A DNA stretch of 64,000 nt from Candidatus Latescibacterota bacterium (GTDB lineage Bacteria > Latescibacterota > UBA2968 > UBA8231). A program made the position numbers and the translations under genes. Positions 59,712-64,000 of the stretch are shown here, piece after piece (within the stretch, counting starts at the first letter, position 1; each line of letters begins with the position of its first letter). Location: contig CBDBIJ010000042.1 of the NCBI GenBank assembly GCA_965205655.1, forward strand, positions 1-64,000, given 5' to 3'. The notes beneath the pieces were generated by a model. It searched no databases, was not told the origin of the DNA, and saw nothing but the letters and a program-made list of their open reading frames with translations.

Positions 59712-62323
59712 TTGTCCAGCTGCGTCTGCACGATGTGCTCGGTCGCCGCCAGGGCAGCGTCCAGCTTGCCGGGGTCGCGGCCCCCGGCCTGGGCCATGTG
59801 AGGCCGACCGCCGCCGGAGCCGCCGGCCAGTTGAGCCACCTCTCGCACGATGTCTCCTGCCTTGAGAGACCGATTCTTGACGAGATCGTCCGTTACCACG
59901 GCGATCAGGGACACCTTTCCCCCGAGGACGGCGCCGAGGACCCCGGCTCCCGATCTGAGCTCAGCTCTAAGTCCATCGGCCACACTCCGAAGCGAGTCCA
60001 TATTGTCCACCTCCACCCGCGCCGATACCACCTTGATACCCCCGAGGTCGGCCGCGTCGGTCACGAGTTCGGAAGCTGTTTGGCTGGCGGCTTGCCGGCG
60101 CGCTCCGGCGAGCAGCCGTTCGAGCTCCCGATTGCGATCGAATAGAGATGTGACTACAGCGGACAGCTCCTCGGCACCGACGCTCAGCAGCTGTCCCATC
60201 TCGGACAGGGCGTCACGGTATTGTCTGGCAGTTCGCGACGCTGCCGCGCCTGTCAAGCCTTCAGCGCGACGGGTGCCGGCTGCGATTCCGCTCTCGGACA
60301 CGAGGTCGAACTGACCGATCTGTCCGGTCGATTCCACGTGGGTTCCTCCGCAGAGCTCGAGACTGAAGTCGGCGATCTTCACCACCCTGACTCGATCCGT
60401 GTATTTCTCGCCGAAGAGAGCGCGAGCGCCCATCTGCTTGGCCCGCTCGAGGTCCTCCTCGAAGGCGCTCACTTCGAGATCCGCCCGAATCCGCTCGTTG
60501 ACCTCTCCCTCGATGTCTCGAATACGCTCCGGCTCGAGGGCGGCGAAATGCGAGAAGTCGAAACGCAGGCGCTCTGGGGCGACGAGCGATCCCATCTGTG
60601 AGACGTGATCGCCGAGGGTGCGGCGCAGCACTTCGTGCAACAGGTGCGTTGCGGTGTGATTGCGAGCCGCCGACAGTCTCGCCGTCCCCTCCACGATCGC
60701 TCTCACTGATCCTCCCACCGCGTTCACATCACCCTCGCTGAGCTTGCCCAGGTGCACAATGCCGCCCCTCGCTCGCAGGGTCGTCTCCACATCCAGCGCA
60801 AACCCGTCTCCCTCAATGCGGCCGGTGTCACCCACCTGGCCACCGGATTCGGCATAGAAGGGAGTCCGGCTCAAGAACAGTCGTACCCCTCGGTCGACGT
60901 CTGCATCGACGGCGACCACTTCGGCCTCGGTTTCGAGCTTTTCGTAGCCCACGAACGCGGAGTGCTCGCCGGGGATTGCCTCTGAATCGCCCGCCGCCAG
61001 CTTGAGCTGTTCGCGCGTCGCCGCGCGCGCCCGCCGCCGCTGCTGCTCCAGCTCCTGCTGGAACCCGTCCGTGTCGACACGCAGGCCGCGCTCGCGCGCC
61101 ATGAGCTCGGTCAGGTCGAGGGGAAAGCCGTAAGTGTCGTGCAGTAGGAAGGCGTCGGCTCCCGTTATTTCTCCCCTGTCGCTGACCTTCTCAAAAATCT
61201 CCAGCCCCCTGTCGAGCGTCGTTCCAAACCCCTCCTCCTCGGAGCGGATGACGAGGGAGATGTGGTTGCTTTTCTCGACGATTTCCGGGTAGGCGTCGCC
61301 CATGATGTCGGCCACGATGGCGGCGAGCCTGAAAATGAAGGGGTCTCGCCGGCCGAGATTGCGGCCGAAGCGGGCCGCTCGACGCAGGATGCGTCGCAGG
61401 ACGTAGCCCGCCCCGTCGTTCGACGGCAGCGCGCCGTCAGCGATGGCGAACGTCAGCGCCCGCACGTGGTCGGCCACTACCCGCATGGCGACGCGGTGAT
61501 CTCCATCGCTGTCCAGTTCCGTCAGTTCACAGATCCGGGCGATGAGTGGCTGGAAGAGGTCGGTTTCATAGCTGCTGCCAGCGCCCTGTAGCAGAGTGCA
61601 CATCCGCTCGAACCCCATGCCGGTGTCGACATGCTTCGCCGGAAGCGGGTCGAGGCGACCGGATTCGTCGCGATTAAACTGGATGAACACGAGGTTCCAG
61701 ATCTCCACGTAGTCATCGCCGTCCTCCAGGATGCCTTCGCGGCTCTGCTGGGTCAGATCGTCGCCGAGGTAGTAGTGCAGCTCCGAGCACGGGCCGCACG
61801 GGCCGGTACTCCCCATTTCCCAGAAGTTGTCTTTGGCCGGCAGGCGCACGACTCTGTCGTTCGTCAGATCGGTGTGCGCCAGCCACAGTCGTTCGGCCTC
61901 TTCGTCGGGCTCGACTCCCTCCGCTTCGTCTCCCTCGAACACAGTGGCCCAGAGGCGATCCCCAGACAATCCGTAGCGCTCCGTCACCAGCTCCCAGGCC
62001 CACTCGATGGCCTCTTTCTTGAAGTAGTCCCCGAAGGACCAGTTTCCCAGCATCTCGAAAAAGGTGTGGTGCCAGGGGCTGATCCCAACCTCTTCGAGAT
62101 CGTTGTGCTTGCCCGAGACTCGAATGCACTTCTGCGAGTCCACGGCGCGGTCGTAGCTCCGCGTTCCCAATCCGAGGAAGACATCCTTGAACTGGTTCAT
62201 ACCGGCGTTGGTGAAGAACAGGGTTGGGTCGTCCCCGGGAACGACCGAGGCGCTGGGAACCCGCTGGTGCCCATGGCGCTCGAAGAAGGAGAGAAACCCC
62301 TCGCGTACTTCTCGCGACTTCAC
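59708..62323 (-). CDS. alaS: Alanine--tRNA ligase
   Basis: FTNAGMNQFK, FEMLGNWSFGDYFK, DTGMGFER, TPFYAESGGQ, HTATHLL, ELCGGTH, GGGRP. Confidence 0.98.
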   Translation of the reverse strand: MKSREVREGFLSFFERHGHQRVPSASVVPGDDPTLFFTNAGMNQFKDVFLGLGTRSYDRAVDSQKCIRVSGKHNDLEEVGISPWHHTFFEMLGNWSFGDYFKKEAIEWAWELVTERYGLSGDRLWATVFEGDEAEGVEPDEEAERLWLAHTDLTNDRVVRLPAKDNFWEMGSTGPCGPCSELHYYLGDDLTQQSREGILEDGDDYVEIWNLVFIQFNRDESGRLDPLPAKHVDTGMGFERMCTLLQGAGSSYETDLFQPLIARICELTELDSDGDHRVAMRVVADHVRALTFAIADGALPSNDGAGYVLRRILRRAARFGRNLGRRDPFIFRLAAIVADIMGDAYPEIVEKSNHISLVIRSEEEGFGTTLDRGLEIFEKVSDRGEITGADAFLLHDTYGFPLDLTELMARERGLRVDTDGFQQELEQQRRRARAATREQLKLAAGDSEAIPGEHSAFVGYEKLETEAEVVAVDADVDRGVRLFLSRTPFYAESGGQVGDTGRIEGDGFALDVETTLRARGGIVHLGKLSEGDVNAVGGSVRAIVEGTARLSAARNHTATHLLHEVLRRTLGDHVSQMGSLVAPERLRFDFSHFAALEPERIRDIEGEVNERIRADLEVSAFEEDLERAKQMGARALFGEKYTDRVRVVKIADFSLELCGGTHVESTGQIGQFDLVSESGIAAGTRRAEGLTGAAASRTARQYRDALSEMGQLLSVGAEELSAVVTSLFDRNRELERLLAGARRQAASQTASELVTDAADLGGIKVVSARVEVDNMDSLRSVADGLRAELRSGAGVLGAVLGGKVSLIAVVTDDLVKNRSLKAGDIVREVAQLAGGSGGGRPHMAQAGGRDPGKLDAALAATEHIVQTQLDK

Positions 62324-62841
62324 TCGCGCTCCCCCGTCCGGGGCGCCGCGGCGGGCGCAAACTCCTCGAGCTCGGCGAGAATCTCGTCCACCGCCTCCAT
62401 CGTCGTGCTCTCCTCGAATCCGCGCCGGGCGAGCAATTCAAACATTCGCCGCTTTGCCACCCGCTGCTCGAGTCCGGTGTATCTGCCCGCGAGGCCGCGG
62501 AGGAGGCGCAATGCGACCTCCTTGGAGCCCACCTGGTCAGCGAACCCTGCCAGCGCCGTTTCGACGATCTCGCGATCGACTCCCTTGCGGTGCAGATCCT
62601 GTCTGAACTTTGGGGCGCCCGCCGGCCGTCGTTCGAGCCCGTATTCGATCCACCGGTGGGCGAAGGCCATGTCGTCGAGCAACCGCTCCTGTTTCAGAGC
62701 GTCGATCACCTGGTCTACCGCCTCGACCCGGCACCCCTTGCGCGCCAGTCTGTCTCGAACCTGGCTGACCGTGCGGTCCGTGCGACTCAGATAGGCCAGT
62801 GCCAGCTCGCGGGTTCGTTCCATTTCGTCGGAGATTGTCAC
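62320..62841 (-). CDS. recX: Regulatory protein RecX
   Basis: [24 protein letters not shown]; directly downstream of recA. Confidence 0.88.
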   Translation of the reverse strand: MTISDEMERTRELALAYLSRTDRTVSQVRDRLARKGCRVEAVDQVIDALKQERLLDDMAFAHRWIEYGLERRPAGAPKFRQDLHRKGVDREIVETALAGFADQVGSKEVALRLLRGLAGRYTGLEQRVAKRRMFELLARRGFEESTTMEAVDEILAELEEFAPAAAPRTGERE

Positions 62842-63944
62842 TCTCGAGCCCCACTGCCTTCTTCGTTGTCGTCCGAACCCGAGTTATCGCTGTCGGCAAG
62901 CTGGCCGTTTGCCAGCCCCAGCGTTTCTCGCAGCCGTCTCTCGATCTGGCTGGCCGTCTCCTCGTGCTCGCTGAGGAAAAGTCTCGCGTTCTCCCGCCCC
63001 TGACCGAGACGCTCTCCACCATAGGAAAACCAGGTGCCGCTCTTGTCGATGAGACCGTGCTGGACGCCGATGTCCAGAAGGTCACCCTCGCGTGACACCC
63101 CGATTCTGTCTCCGTGAAAGAAGACGTCGAACTCGGCCTGCCTGTACGGCGGCGCCAGCTTGTTCTTCACAACCTTCACCCGCGTGCGGCTGCCGATGTC
63201 CTCGTCGCCGTCCTTGATCTTGGCGACGCGCCGGATGTCCAGCCTCTGGGAGGCGTAGAAGCCGAGCGCGCGGCCTCCCGTTGTCGTCTCGGGGTTGCCG
63301 AACATGACCCCGATCTTCATACGCAGCTGGTTGATGAAGATGACGCAGGTCTTCGATCGATTGATAGAGCCGGCTAGTTTTCGCAGCGCCTGCGACATCA
63401 GTCGCGCGTGGAGCCCCATATGCGAATCGCCCATGTCGCCCTCGAGCTCCGCCTGCGGCACCAGCGCTGCCACGGAATCGAGGACGATGATGTGGAAGGC
63501 CCCGCTTCGCACCAGGGTGTCTACGATCTCGAGAGCTTGCTCGCCGCTGTCGGGCTGGGAAATGATGAGGTCGTCGACGTCGACGCCAATTCTGCGGGCG
63601 AAGGTCACGTCGAGGGCGTGCTCCGCGTCGATGAACGCCGCCGTGCCCCCCAGTTTCTGCGCCTCGCGGACGACGTGGAGAGAGATCATCGTCTTGCCGG
63701 TGCCTTCCGGCCCGTAGATCTCCACGATGCGGCCTTTGGGGAAACCGCCGATTCCCAGAGCGTAGTCGAGTGCCAGGGACCCGCTCGGGATGGACTCCAC
63801 ATCGACGAGGCCACCGTGCTCGCCCAGGCGCATGATGGCACCCTTGCCGTATTGCTTCTCGATCTGCGAGATGGCCAGATCGAGAGCGCCCTGGTTGCCG
63901 TTGCCGTGTTTTTTGTCGCCGCGACTCATATTTTTTCGAGCCAT
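62838..63944 (-). CDS. recA: Recombinase RecA
   Basis: [56 protein letters not shown]. Confidence 0.98.
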   Translation of the reverse strand: MARKNMSRGDKKHGNGNQGALDLAISQIEKQYGKGAIMRLGEHGGLVDVESIPSGSLALDYALGIGGFPKGRIVEIYGPEGTGKTMISLHVVREAQKLGGTAAFIDAEHALDVTFARRIGVDVDDLIISQPDSGEQALEIVDTLVRSGAFHIIVLDSVAALVPQAELEGDMGDSHMGLHARLMSQALRKLAGSINRSKTCVIFINQLRMKIGVMFGNPETTTGGRALGFYASQRLDIRRVAKIKDGDEDIGSRTRVKVVKNKLAPPYRQAEFDVFFHGDRIGVSREGDLLDIGVQHGLIDKSGTWFSYGGERLGQGRENARLFLSEHEETASQIERRLRETLGLANGQLADSDNSGSDDNEEGSGARE

Positions 63945-64000
63945 CGATTAATCCTCCAGCGTTCTCTCGTTCGCTTGGAAGAGCCACTACTCTCATTACG

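Overview
A GC-rich bacterial chromosomal segment that is mostly housekeeping genes. Gene content (PorX-tsaE, a GGGP-synthase family gene, many outer-membrane beta-barrels, a secreted protein ending in 'SWGQVK') suggests an FCB-superphylum lineage such as Latescibacterota; this is inference only. Plus-strand block: secDF, antiporter-like gene, yggS, yggT, ileS, dksA/traR, lspA, rluD, NlpC/P60, GT-C glycosyltransferase, TPR lipoprotein, peptidase-propeller-Omp85 fusion. A convergent block encodes a histidine kinase, PorX, TsaE and outer-membrane proteins. Next come an orphan flagellin, a bactofilin, an ATP-cone 2-phosphoglycerate-kinase-like protein, tal-zwf-kdsC, a complete IS256-family element, glyA and xylB. 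A Rieske/cytochrome b/pentaheme cytochrome c/methyltransferase operon follows, then hemH, a degenerate GH78-like protein, degP, a DUF5610-like gene with a sigma28-type promoter, and an outer-membrane pair. A nest of three IS elements (IS256 inside IS1380, next to IS30) sits directly upstream of that pair. The window ends with recA-recX-alaS-GGGPS-cpsB-ptsH-ptsI-metK. Seven reading-frame breaks are each repaired by deleting one base, most likely long-read insertion errors. I found no rRNA, tRNA or CRISPR array. The best candidates for new biology are a possible non-Bacteroidetes C-terminal sorting/secretion circuit, the multiheme bc complex, a triplicated kinase sensor domain and a 31-aa CTG-start membrane protein. 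Family calls are from motif recognition by eye; no searches were run.
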